Shown: one piece after another, positions 1-11,313 of the stretch
Layout of the letters: each line of letters starts with the position of its first letter
How positions within the stretch are numbered: the first letter of the stretch is position 1
Assembly (NCBI GenBank): GCA_950097015.1
Contig: CATNEN010000039.1
Location: 9,796,001-9,860,000, forward strand
DNA: 64,000 bases
Reading direction: 5' to 3'
Source: Macrostomum hystrix
Lineage: Eukaryota; Animalia; Platyhelminthes
Translations under genes and position numbers: made by a program
Notes under the pieces: generated by a model
Seen by the model: the letters and a program-made list of their open reading frames with translations, nothing else
What the model was told of the DNA's origin: nothing
Databases searched by the model: none

Positions 1-505
1 CTAAATCTGTCAGGATTTTGAAACGAAATCCGTCAGGATTTGGAAACTAAATCCGTCAGGATTTGGAAACTAAATCCGTCAGGATTTGGAAACTAAATCC
101 GTCAGGATTTGGAAACTAAATCCGTCAGGATTTGGAAACTAAATCCGTCAGGATTTGTAAAATAAATCCGTCAGGATTTGTAAACTAAGTCCGTCAGGAT
201 TTGGAAACTAAATCCGTCAGGATTTGTAAACTAAATCCGTCAGGATTTGGAAACTAAATCCGTCAGGATTTGGAAACTAAATCCGTCAGGATTTGGAAAC
301 TAAATCCGTCAGGATTTGGAAAATAAATCCGTCAGGATTTGGAAACTAAATCCGTCAGGATTTGGAAACTAAATCCGTCAGGATTTGGAAACTAAATCCG
401 TCAGGATTTGGAAACTAAATCCGTCAGGATTTGGAAACTAAATCCGTCAGGATTTGGAAACTAAATCCGTCAGGATTTGGAAACTAAATCCGTCAGGATT
501 TGGAA
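1..505. repeat. 23-bp tandem array (CTAAATCCGTCAGGATTTGGAAA)n, runs off window edge
   Basis: About 22 near-identical head-to-tail units; each has internal inverted repeat AAATCC-gtca-GGATTT; no spacers. Confidence 0.95.
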
Positions 506-1189
506 CTCATATGCCATAAGCCATAAGAAATTATTCTCGTTAATTTTACCCCTGGCTGTAATTAATGCCCTGTCGCCTATTTCGCACTCGTACTTTGAAG
601 TGCCTGATTTTGGTTCTCAAAGCTGTTTAGAGCACTGAGCTGAGTTCAGACAATGCAGTCAGTTGGTCTTGGGCGGAGCTCATTAGCTTCTCGCGTCGGA
701 TTCGCCGCTGTTTGAGTTGCTCCGCACGGAGGCACGACAAAAGGTTAATGAAGTGCTCAAGTTTCCTCCTCTTGTCGGTCGCTGTTGCTCCAGCTACGTA
801 CTTTTCAAAGTTGAAAGCCTGAGTTAACTAAAAAACGTCAAGTAAACAAGACGATGGCAAGAAGCACGTGAGGAAAAGTTTTCAAGCGCATTCCGTCTCG
901 AATGAGGATTTTTTCAAGGCCAGAGAAATGACTGCATAAGGATTACGGGAGACTTATGATGGGGAATTGTCTTTGGAAAAGATTATTACTTGTCATTACT
1001 GCTCAGTTTTTAGTGCCTGACATACTTTGTTGCAAGTGTCCTAAAGGTCTCAATTGGATTCAGTCAACTAACTTCTAATAACAGGCATTTAGCTGTGCAG
1101 TCGTAGCAGCCGGCCCTATAATCCGTGTGTCTTCGTCAGCGTATGTATTAATAGCTCGATAATATATTTAAACATAAACAGTTAATGGA

Positions 1190-1220
1190 CTAGCACACTA
1201 AGCCCCCCTTGGGGGGGCAC
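1190..1220 (-). mobile_element. Putative Helitron 3' terminus
   Basis: Minus strand reads GCCCCCCCAAGGGGGGC hairpin, then TTAGTGTG, then CTAG followed by T; 5' end not located. Confidence 0.5.
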
Positions 1221-1671
1221 GGCACTGTTCAGACAAAAAATCTTGTGTAATGCAGAAGGACAAAACACACCTGAAAGCAAACAAAAACGAAAACTCATCG
1301 TCAGTAATTATTTCCCTGATTGCGATTCAACGAGAATTTGAAATACAAATACAAAAATAGTCAGTCTGAGCTTGAATACGTTCTGAGACATCCGGTCTGT
1401 ACACCAATTAGAGCCCCATTGGGGCAAAATTACACAAGTAACTTACGTTTCATACAACTCAGCTTAATGCTACTGAGGTACATGTGTATACTATCCCCCC
1501 AGCAGTAAAAAACAGTGTCCCCTCAGTAGCAAATAACCAATGTCAACCCGGCAGTAAATAACCAATGTCCGGCCCCCCAGTAGCAGAGAACTAATTCCAC
1601 CCAGCAGCAAAGAACCATTATTAACCGTTCAACATATTTAAAAACTTAAGCGCATTTAGACAAGTGGTAAT

Positions 1672-1908
1672 TGTAGGAATTGTGAAACGCGACTGTTTGT
1701 AGTAGTCGATAGCCGAAATTACACAAGAGCGAATAATATGCGATACAGTATATTTTATTATAAAATCTGAGTTTGAGCTGGGGTGGCGGCTAAAGCCGCA
1801 CCCCGTACATTAGCTAACGTGCGTGCCAAGGGGGGAGAGAGGCGGCAGAGAGAAAGAACGTAGAACGCCGCCAACCCCACGCACGCGTGACGGCTGGCGC
1901 CGCCTACA
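1672..1908 (-). repeat. 3' LTR
   Basis: Identical by eye to 6192-6428; TG...CA ends; preceded on the minus strand by GGGGGGGAGAAG PPT. Confidence 0.96.
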
Positions 1909-2019
1909 CTTCTCCCCCCCAAAGGAATAAAACGAAATAGGAAAAAACTAAACTTTGAACACGAGATTAACAGTTCAGATGATAGAAACTTAATGAATGA
2001 TTAGAGCACAATTCCTTAG

Positions 2020-3275
2020 TTACTTGTACCGCTTAGGCTTGTCACGGGCAGCTCTAGGATGGCGTCTCAGTGCCACGGCATCATTTTCCTGACCAGTATC
2101 CTGGCCGACAGGCGGAGGCGTGCCGGCAGGCGGAGGTGGGCCGGCAGGCGGGCCGGCAGGTGGGCCGGCAGGCGGGCCGGCAGGCGGGCCGGCAGGCGGG
2201 CCGGCAGGCGGGCCGGCAAGCGGGCCGGCAGGCGGGCCGGCAGGCGGGCCGGCAGGCGGGCCGGCAGGCGGGCCGGCAGGCGGGCCGGCAGGCGGGCCGG
2301 CAGGCGGGCCGGCAGGCGGGCCGGCAGGCGGGCCGGCAGGCGGGCCGGCAGGCGGGCCGGCAGGCGGGCCGGCAGGCGGGCCGGCAGGCGGGCCGGCAGG
2401 CGGGCCGGCAGGCGGGCCGGCAGGCGGGCCGGCAGGCGGGCCGGCAGGCGGGCCGGCAGGCGGGCCGGCAGGCGGGTCGGCAGGCGGGCCGGCAGTCGGG
2501 AAAATTGGTCGTAGCTGAGTCACGTGTCGCATGCAGGACTGTTGGCCTCGTCGTAGGATGCAGGTGTCGCCTCGAACCTCTTCTACCGTCCAAGGCTGGG
2601 TCTCGAATGGCAGCTGAGTTTTGATGCGTGTCTGCTGCTTTCGGAGAACCATTGTGCCGGGAACTACTCTGTGCTCCTTGGCGGTGTTGCGCTTGTCAAA
2701 GGCTCGCTTCATTTCGCGCGTGTACTGCCGACTCCAGTCCCTCACGGCTTGATGGTCGCATCCAGTCACAGTTGGCTGCCGAATAGCCGGGATTCCGTCG
2801 TTGATCGCCCTGCCCATGAGTAGCTCGGCCGGGGTGCGTCCTGTGGCTCTGTGTGGCGTGGTGCGGAATGCCAGTAGCCAGTCGTCTAGGGCCTCTCTCC
2901 AGTTCCGGCCCTCAGCAATCGCCGTCTTGATCACCTTGCCGATACTGCGGTTGACGCGTTCGGTGGCTCCGTTGGACTCCGGGTGCAGCGGACAGATAAG
3001 CCGGTGATGAACCCCATAATCGGTGAGGAAGTTGCGAAATTCAGCGGAGTTGAAGGGCGGTCCGTTGTCCGTAATGACCTCCGCAGGAATTCCGTGGCGA
3101 CTGAAGAGCCGTCTCAGGTGCGGTGTCACGCTGCCGGCCGTGGTTGACTGCATTACGTCGACTTCTGGGTACTTGGAGTACAAGTCGGTGGTGACGAGCA
3201 GCATGTGACCTTGCACCGGACCGTAGAAGTCCATGCCGAGCAGCTGCCAAGGCCCGTCGGGCATTTCCGTCGGCT
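2020..3275 (-). CDS. Integrase core (rve) and C-terminus, out of frame with upstream pol
   Basis: PWQLLGMDFYGP, TDNGPPF, HPESNGATER (D,D35E), FRTTPHRATGRTPAELLMGR. Confidence 0.9.
2122..2494. repeat. 12-bp GC-rich tandem array (GCCGGCAGGCGG)n encoding (PAGP)n in the integrase tail
   Basis: About 30 units, in frame with the integrase ORF. Confidence 0.95.
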
Positions 3276-6157
3276 TTGGGGATGACGATGAGATCTCCGC
3301 GAAGCAGGACGCCGTCGTTCTCGGTTAGTTCGCTGCTGATGGACTTGAATGAGCGTTGCACCGGGCTGAGAGTGTTCCAGTTGCCGGTTCTGATCGCGCC
3401 GAGTGCAGCCTGCATTTCCGCATCAGATCTTGCAGCCTCTCTGATTTGTTGGATTGTGAAGCCCTTTGGCACGGCACCAGTTGATACAGCGTTGACGTGG
3501 GCTTCATCGATGACCTCGCCGATGTTTGGCCTCGACTCCGGCAGCGGCTGGCGGCTAAGCAGATCGGCTGGATTTGCTGGTCCCGGCCTGTACAACAGAG
3601 TAAAGCGGAGGTGCTGGATGCGGAGGGCCATTCGCTCGATCCGCGGCGGTGGGCGGGAACCCGGCTTGAACAGTGGAACGAGGGGCCGGTGGTCCGTCAC
3701 AACGGTGAAGTTCGGGTCGCCTGCCAGGTAATGTTCGAATTTCAGGCAGGCGAACTTGATGGCCAGCGCCTCCCGCTCAATCTGCGCATACCGCTGCTCC
3801 ACCGGCGACAGAGCTCTGCTGGCATAGGCCACGGGTCGGCTGCTGCCATCTGGCTGCTTCTGGGTGAGAATGGCGCCGAGTCCGATCGGAGATGCGTCCA
3901 CCAGGAGCTCCGTGTGCCGCTTGCGATCGAAGAATGCTAGCGTGTCGGCGTTGGCAATTGCACTTTTGATGCTGTTGAATGCCTTGGTGTGGCTGTCGGT
4001 CCATTCCCACGGCTGGCCCTTTTTAGTCAGTTGGCGCAGCGGGGCTGACACGTCAGCGTATCCAGAAATAAACTTCGCCAGAAAGTTTGCTGTGCCGAGG
4101 AATGACCGTATTTCTGAGACATTGGCGGGCTGCCGGAAGTCCTGCATTGCTTGGATCTTCTCGGCAGCTGGTTGGATGCCCTTGGCTGACAGATGCATTC
4201 CGAGGAAGTCGACTGCTGGCTTGGCGAACTTGCACTTGTCTTTGTTCAACGTGATGCCAAACTCGCGGAGGCGTTGAAGACATAGATCCAGTCTTTCATG
4301 ATGTTGTTTGATATCTGCGGCGTACACGATGACATCGTCATGGACCCACCTGACGCCGTCAATGCCGCTGAGGATGCCTAGCATAACCCGTTGAAGGATT
4401 TCTGAGGCGTTGGTAAATCCCATGCTCAGCCGCTTCAGTCGCATCAGTCCGAGCGGCGTGCTGAATGTGAACAGATGTCGGCTGTCTTCGTGCACGGGGA
4501 TCTGATAGAAAGCTTTCCGGATGTCGAGCTCGCTGAAAAGCTTGGCTCCAGACATCTCCTCGGTGACTTCGTCCAGTGTCGGGATCTGCTGCTTTTCCGG
4601 AACAACGAAGGCGTTCAAGTCGCGAAGGTCTTGGCATATTCTGACGCCGCCGTCCGCCTTGGGCACTACGACCATGCGTGCCACCCAGGCGCTGGGTCCC
4701 TTGACTGCTTCGATGATGTCCTGTCGCTCCAATGCCTTCAGCTCGTCCACCACGGTTGCTCTTAGATGCGCCGCTACCCGGGAAGGCGCGTGGCAGACTG
4801 GAACGGCGTCGCCTGACAGCTGCACTTTCACCTGCACGCCCTTGATGCATCCGATGCCTTCGAAGACTTCTCTGTGACGGTGCAGGATGTCTTGCAGCTG
4901 CGGTGACAATCCCGCTGTGTTGTTTGAGTGCACGGCTTCCGTCTCGCTCGAATCGGGGCGCTGGATTTTGAGCACTCCTAGTCTGAATGCGGGCTCGCGA
5001 CCGAGAATCGTCAGGCCGTCACCATCCATGATGTAGAACGGAGTGACGGTGCTGGCTGATCCAACGTGGACTTGTAAGTCGGAGACACCCAGGATCTTCA
5101 GCGGTGAGGCGCAACCGTAGGCTCGCACCTCGGATTTTGGAGCTCGCAGATGCGGCCGGCGGAGCGTCTTGAAGGTGCATTTGCTCATAATGCTGCAGCT
5201 AGCTCCGCTGTCAATCATCATCGGGAGCTGCTGATCTCCCACTCGGACTTTCAGCGAGACGTCAGGCGGATAGATGCCTTCCCTGTGCAGTGTGAACACG
5301 TCTTGGCTGGAGGTGTCACCAGGAGCTGTGCGGTATGCGTTGGCGTGAATCTGCTGTTGGACTCTGTTGCTGCTTAACCGCGGCTGGCGGCAAGCCTTTG
5401 CTAGGTGGTTTGGCTTGCCGCAGTTGTGGCAGATTTTGCCCTTGGCTGCGTCACAGGAAGCGTGGCCGCGCTCGCCGCAGCGGTAGCAAGTCTGTGACCG
5501 GCTCTGCCTGGCCTCGCTGTGTGGCGTGCGTTTGTCTGACGCTGTTTGGCTTCTATTGGCCACGCTGGCCACCTGCGACTCGGTGGTCTTCTCCATCTCA
5601 GCAGCCTGTTCTTCCGCAGCTTCGAATGCTCTGGCCTTCCGCAGCGCGTCTTCCAGTGAGATGTTTGCTTCCTGGAGCAGCCGTCTGCGCAGCTTGTCGG
5701 AGGTGCATGTAGCAACAAGTTGGTCTCGGATGAGGGAGTCGCGTAAGTCGCCGAATTCACATGGTTCAGCAGCCGTCCGCAGCCTGCTGTACCAAGCTTC
5801 GATTTTCTCACCAGATTGTTGGACACACAGACGGAACTGGTATCGAGCGTAAACGATGTTCTTTCTATCGTCGAAGTGTTGCCTCAGTCCCTTGAAGATG
5901 GTCTGCAGTGTGTGTTCCTGCTCCTGGCCGTCGGCGTCAGACCTGGGCTTTGGTAGTTCCCGAATGATGTCCGAGACTTCCTTTCCGGCCGTGTAGCAGA
6001 GCAGCTTGCATTTTTGGTTTTCATTGGCAATTCCGGATGCCTCAATAAAGTCTGCGAATCGCGCTGACCATTCGTTCCAACGTTTGCCCGCGTTGTGCGG
6101 GTCGTGAGTAATGAGAAATGGCTCGGGTGGAGGTAGAGAAACGTAGCTTGTGGCCAT
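3041..6157 (-). CDS. Gag-Pol polyprotein (Gag with two zinc knuckles, aspartic protease, RT, RNase H); frameshifted near 3275
   Basis: CYRCGERGHASC and CHNCGKPNHLAKAC; MMIDSGAS; LDIRKAFYQI; WVHDD; LLVDASPIGLGA; YAQIEREALA; VTDHRPL. Confidence 0.93.
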   Translation of the reverse strand: MATSYVSLPPPEPFLITHDPHNAGKRWNEWSARFADFIEASGIANENQKCKLLCYTAGKEVSDIIRELPKPRSDADGQEQEHTLQTIFKGLRQHFDDRKNIVYARYQFRLCVQQSGEKIEAWYSRLRTAAEPCEFGDLRDSLIRDQLVATCTSDKLRRRLLQEANISLEDALRKARAFEAAEEQAAEMEKTTESQVASVANRSQTASDKRTPHSEARQSRSQTCYRCGERGHASCDAAKGKICHNCGKPNHLAKACRQPRLSSNRVQQQIHANAYRTAPGDTSSQDVFTLHREGIYPPDVSLKVRVGDQQLPMMIDSGASCSIMSKCTFKTLRRPHLRAPKSEVRAYGCASPLKILGVSDLQVHVGSASTVTPFYIMDGDGLTILGREPAFRLGVLKIQRPDSSETEAVHSNNTAGLSPQLQDILHRHREVFEGIGCIKGVQVKVQLSGDAVPVCHAPSRVAAHLRATVVDELKALERQDIIEAVKGPSAWVARMVVVPKADGGVRICQDLRDLNAFVVPEKQQIPTLDEVTEEMSGAKLFSELDIRKAFYQIPVHEDSRHLFTFSTPLGLMRLKRLSMGFTNASEILQRVMLGILSGIDGVRWVHDDVIVYAADIKQHHERLDLCLQRLREFGITLNKDKCKFAKPAVDFLGMHLSAKGIQPAAEKIQAMQDFRQPANVSEIRSFLGTANFLAKFISGYADVSAPLRQLTKKGQPWEWTDSHTKAFNSIKSAIANADTLAFFDRKRHTELLVDASPIGLGAILTQKQPDGSSRPVAYASRALSPVEQRYAQIEREALAIKFACLKFEHYLAGDPNFTVVTDHRPLVPLFKPGSRPPPRIERMALRIQHLRFTLLYRPGPANPADLLSRQPLPESRPNIGEVIDEAHVNAVSTGAVPKGFTIQQIREAARSDAEMQAALGAIRTGNWNTLSPVQRSFKSISSELTENDGVLLRGDLIVIPKADGNARRALAAARHGLLRSGARSHAARHHRLVLQVPRSRRNAVNHGRQRDTAPETALQSPRNSCGGHYGQRTALQLR

Positions 6158-6191
6158 GCCCCGCGTTGGCTGCGATGGCTTGCGATGCCAC

Positions 6192-6428
6192 TGTAGGAAT
6201 TGTGAAACGCGACTGTTTGTAGTAGTCGATAGCCGAAATTACACAAGAGCGAATAATATGCGATACAGTATATTTTATTATAAAATCTGAGTTTGAGCTG
6301 GGGTGGCGGCTAAAGCCGCACCCCGTACATTAGCTAACGTGCGTGCCAAGGGGGGAGAGAGGCGGCAGAGAGAAAGAACGTAGAACGCCGCCAACCCCAC
6401 GCACGCGTGACGGCTGGCGCCGCCTACA
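6192..6428 (-). repeat. 5' LTR
   Basis: Direct repeat of 1672-1908. Confidence 0.96.
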
Positions 6429-6459
6429 GTAATTATTGGACTCATTTAGAAAACTTTAT

Positions 6460-9400
6460 AAGTCCTCGATAAGTCATGATTTAACCTCTATAATATATGC
6501 AACCCCTTGATAATTCATGTGTCCCTCTCGATAAGCCATGCTTTCCCCTTGATAATTGATTCTTTTCCCTCGTCAATTCATGCTTCCCACCGACAATTCA
6601 TGCTTTCTCCTCACTAATACATGCTACCCCTTCGATAAATCATGCTATCGTCTTAAAAATATCCCTGAAAGCATTTTGCGATTACCTGAAAATCCAATTT
6701 TTTCTCCTTGAAATCTCATGCAATCCTTTCAAGAAATCAAGATATTCCCTAGATATCGAATTCCATGCAGTTTACTTGATATATCATGCTGCTATTCATG
6801 ATATCTAGCACTATATTCTTTAGTTTCATGTTCTCATTATAATTATTATGCTTTTAAAATACAGAAAAAACAATGATTACTTCCCTGCACGAAAAACGCT
6901 ACGTTTTTTATGATTAAAGCTATTAGCTAGGATTAAAATATTCTCTCCTAGCTTTGAATCGAAAATCAGCAATTCTCGAAACAATTTTCTTTAGTTTTGA
7001 ATATTAAAAACGCCAACAGCTACGTATGCTCGAACATTCTTCATTATTTTTTTGAATCGATAACGCTTGAAGAAATGCTCGAAAAAGTTTAAACAAAGAA
7101 TAATAACGCTTTTAGCTATGCTCAACATATTTTTTATGTTGAGCCCTTATACGCTTGCAGCTATGCTGGAAAAAATGTTAGTTTGGAATAAAAAAATTTA
7201 ACAGCAACGAATGCTCAAACAGTCAGCATTTTTTAATTCTATTGAATATTGATTGCAAGAATGCTGGAAAAAAAGTTAAAAATTAAAAATAAACTACGCG
7301 AATAGCTTTGCTCAAAGTATTTTATTATATTAAAAAAACGCTGACAGAAAAGCTCTATAATTCTTTACTCAGTTTTGTATCGAATAAAACTTGCTGCTGC
7401 GCTCAAAAAATAATTTTTCTTTTCTCAGAGTGAGAAGAGCAATTAAACAAAATATATTTGTTTTGACAGTAGCTAATCAAAAGCTAAAAGAGAATAATAA
7501 AAAACTTATACGAACCGTACTTACGTTTTTAACTGTTGATGATACTATATACATCCACGTATAAATCTTTCACCGCATTGTTTTCCGCATGGTTTTCCGC
7601 ATGGTTTTCCGCATGGTTTTTTTTCTGTATTTTTGCATCATGCTGACTTGAATAAAGCACTCATGTGCTGCAATAATCCTTGGTAACATTTTTAGCAAAC
7701 ATATGAAAGAGATTCTAACAACTATATCATACAAGATTATATGATACTAGGTCATATCTTACCAGATCATGCCATATCATACCATAACATGCCATATTAT
7801 ACCATATCATGCCATATAATACAAAATCATGCCATATCATACCATATCATACCAGATCATGTCCTATGCTAACGTATAGACTACTTCATCATACAAGATT
7901 AATACTATACCAGGTCATATCATACCATCCATTAAATTAAATTACAGTTTCACAGTAATTTTTACACCATACAAACAATTTTTAATTTTTACACGGAAAA
8001 AAAACCGTGCGGAAAACCATGCGGAAAACCATGCGGAAAACAATGCGGTGAAAGACCCACTCATTATACATCCTGCTACTCCTCGATAAACCATGCTACC
8101 CCCTTGATAATTTATACACCTAGATAATTCATGCTTTTTTATTAACAGTTCATTCTTTTCCCTTAACAATTAAGGCTTCCCCCTCAATAATTCATGCTAG
8201 CTCCTCGATATTTAACGCTTTCCCCTCGATAATTCATGCTTTCCCTCGATAATTACTGCTTACCCACCGATATATCATGCTTTTTCATCGATAATTCATG
8301 CTACTAAATCGATAATTTCTGTCCTTCTTTAATAATTCATGCTCCATCGTCGACGATTCATGCTACCCCCTTGATAATTCATGCTTTTCTCTCGCTTTAT
8401 CATGCTTTCCCCTCAATCTATGCGACCACTTTGTCATATCATGCTATCCCTGGACAAATCTTGCTACCCGCTCAATAATTTATGCTACCCACTTAATTTA
8501 TGCTTTTCCCACGATAATTTAGGTTACCCCCGTTGATAATTCATACATTTCCCACGTTAATACATGCTTCCCTACGTTAATACATGCTTCCCTACGTTAA
8601 TACATGCTTCCCTACGTTAATTCATGCTTCCCTACGTTAATACATGCTTCCCCACGTTAATTCATGCTTCCCCACGTTAATTCATGCTTCCCTACGTTAA
8701 TACATGCTTCCCTACGTTAATTCATGCTTCCCTACGTTAATACATGCTTCCCTACGTTAATTCACGTTTCCCTCCGTTAATTCATGTTTTCCCTCCGTTA
8801 ATTCATGTTTCCCTCCGTTAATTCATGTTTCCATCTCGATCATTTATGCCTCACCTTAATTATTTATTCTACCTCTCTATAATTTATATTATCCCTGGAT
8901 AATTTATGCTTCCCCCCATGAAAATGCATGCTTTTCGTCGGATAATTTATGCAAACGTCTTGATTATTCATGCTTCCCCATCGATAATTCATGCTGCCAC
9001 TTCGATAGTTCATACTTCCCCCTCGAAAAGTCATGCTTCCCCGTTGAAAAGTCATGCTTTCCCCTTCAATAATTCATACTTTTCCCTCGTTACTTCATGC
9101 TTCCCTGGATAAGTTATGCTTTCCCTAGATTCTTCATGCTTTTCCATGGATAATTCTTGCTCCCACATCGATTAATAATGCTATTCCCTAGAAATATCAT
9201 GATATCCCCTGGAAATCTCATGCTATACCCCGGAAATCTAATGCTTTTTCCTAGAAATATCATGATATTTCCTGGAAATCTCATGCTATTCCCTGGAAAT
9301 CTCATGCTATTCCCTGGAAATCTCATGCTATTCCCTGGAAATCTCATGCTATTCCCTGGGAATCCCATGCTATTCCCTGGAAATCTCATGCTATTCCCTG

Positions 9401-10220
9401 GAAATCTCATACTATTCCCTTGAAATATCATGCCTTCTCCTGGAAATATAATACTCTTCTTTATAACCCTCATGCCGTTCACCTAATACCAGATGCTATC
9501 CAGTAACTTTTGAGCTATATTATTTACTTTCATATCTTCTTCTGTTGAAAATATCGGACAAATAATGTTAGCAGCTATGCGCGAAAAATCTTTCCTTAGT
9601 TTTATACTGAACAACGCTTGCTGAGACACTTAAAAAACTCTATTTTTCTCACTATTTTAATTCTTGTACCCAAAAAGAGCTTAATTAAAAAGTAAATAGA
9701 AAACGGTTACTTATTACTAATTAGGCATAACCCTCGAAACCTTCCCTTATTAACAATTGCTGTTTCCTCGATAACTACGAGTATGCTGCCCTTAAATAAA
9801 CTATGTTACACCCTTCATTAATCATGCTACCACTTGTAAAAATCATGCTACTGCATTGAAAAAATGCTACCGTTATGAAAGATATCACGATATCTCATAT
9901 CTAATTTTGTATATCATAAAATATTTACTCCTAGCTTTGAAGCTAATAACGATTGCCGCAATGCTCGAAACATTTTCCGTAGTTTTGAAAATAAAAAAAC
10001 GCTTAAAGCCACGCATGCTCAGAGATGGTCTTTATCTATTTTTGAATCAAACAATGCTTAAAGCAATGCTCGAAAAAAATGTTAAAATTGAAAATGAACC
10101 ACGCTTGAAGCTGTCTGCTGAACGTTTTTTCTTCCAGTTCTGAATCTGATTATGCTTGCAGCTATGCTAAAAATTCCTTTGTTTTAGCACCGAATAATGC
10201 GAAAAGCTACGTATGCTCGA
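6460..10220. repeat. Composite AT-rich degenerate satellite region
   Basis: Recurrent GATAATTCATGCT-type ~21-bp units and AACGCTTGCAGCTATGCTCGAA-type units; homogeneous sub-arrays at ~8550-8830 (20 bp) and ~9270-9420 (21 bp). Confidence 0.8.
7566..8055. mobile_element. MITE/foldback-like unit with ~63-bp terminal inverted repeats
   Basis: 7566-7628 is the near-perfect reverse complement of 7993-8055; interior has (CCATATCATR)n 10-bp repeats. Confidence 0.6.
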
Positions 10221-10344
10221 TCGGTCTTCGTCGAATTCATTTTTACAATTGTTGTTATACAGTAAATATTTTTTGAATGAAATGCTACCTTTAATTTCAA
10301 GGGGGTGGAGTTTTTCTAATCTAATAGGGAGATTTCCTGGTGGT

Positions 10345-10500
10345 GAGTTTCAGTGGTCCCTGAGCTCGAATCGGCAGCCGCTGAGAGAAGGCTTTGGGGG
10401 GCTTGTCGTGCAATTTACGCACATGATGACCAACCAACCCAAGACACAGTGAGAGTGTACCCGGCTTGACGATGAGAAGATTGTGCGTGAATGTACTATT
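10345..10500 (+). mobile_element. SINE family A fragment
   Basis: GGTCCCTGAGCTCGAATC, GGGGCTTGTCGTGCAATTTACGC and GACGATGAGAA match the 32848-33222 copy. Confidence 0.7.
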
Positions 10501-11313
10501 GTTTGTTGCGCCTTGTTTGCAAAGTGCGCGCTGATCACAACCGTTGCAACGGCGCCTCGCTGGCTTCCCTAATTGTGCGAGCTAGTTCACAATTAGCCAC
10601 TGGCTCGGGTGTAGTGATTAGCTTGAATGCAAGCTCGACATTCGCGACCAATAGCAGGCATCGGCTAATGAGTGTTTCTAATCGACTGAAAAGAACTTGT
10701 TTTAACCACGCCCTGTGGTCAACTAGATCTACGGATCGGCGAATAGAGACATGAGAGATGACGCAGGTACAATGAGAACATCGATCTTGTTGCAGTCAAA
10801 CAGTCAGTTTTCACGGTTGGACGGGTAGCAACCAACAATTGCTCGCTCCCCATGCATAGGCTTGCAGTTTTTCATTAACAGCCTGATTATTATCAATAAT
10901 CTATCCGATGAAAAAGCTGCTGGCTATTGGACTGGGCTTACCTAATTGCTAAGCAACAAGGCGGACACAATCAGGTCGGATCGTGGGATCTGAACGGGTG
11001 GGAGAAGTGTGGCAGAATGACAGTCACTCGGGATGAGTGGCGCTCAATCGACTCGTCAACCAGCCAATCGGAGAGCGGCTTGTAGAGAGACATGAGTCGA
11101 GAGGGAGGTGGGTGCGAGGGTCGATGTCAGGTGGAGACATGCAGGTAATAGAGAAAAAGCTGAGCAGGGCATTGAGAACTGCTCCAGACTGTTATCTCTG
11201 CTGCTGCCTCTTCCTTCGTGCTCAGAAAGAATCCCTGGAACTTCAGACAGACAGAGCCAGTTGAACTGCTAGACAGTGGCATTAGGACAAACTGAGGCGA
11301 AGCAACAGCATCG

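Larger units (their letters stand above)
1672..6428 (-). mobile_element. Ty3/Gypsy LTR retrotransposon (Mag-like), both LTRs present, internal integrase deletion
   Basis: Two 237-bp LTRs (TGTAGG...CCTACA); 5-bp TSD GTAAT at 1667-1671 and 6429-6433; PBS-like TGGCATCGC next to 5' LTR; polypurine tract 1909-1920; gag-PR-RT-RH-INT order. Confidence 0.96.

Noticed and set aside
1-505. CRISPR-like palindromic repeats
   Set aside because: Units are head-to-tail with no unique spacers, there are no cas genes, and the context is eukaryotic; the other arrays fail for the same reasons
2059-2624. Plus-strand and alternative-frame ORFs (RRAG, RQAG, CRPA repeats)
   Set aside because: Stop-free by-products of the 12-bp array within the integrase
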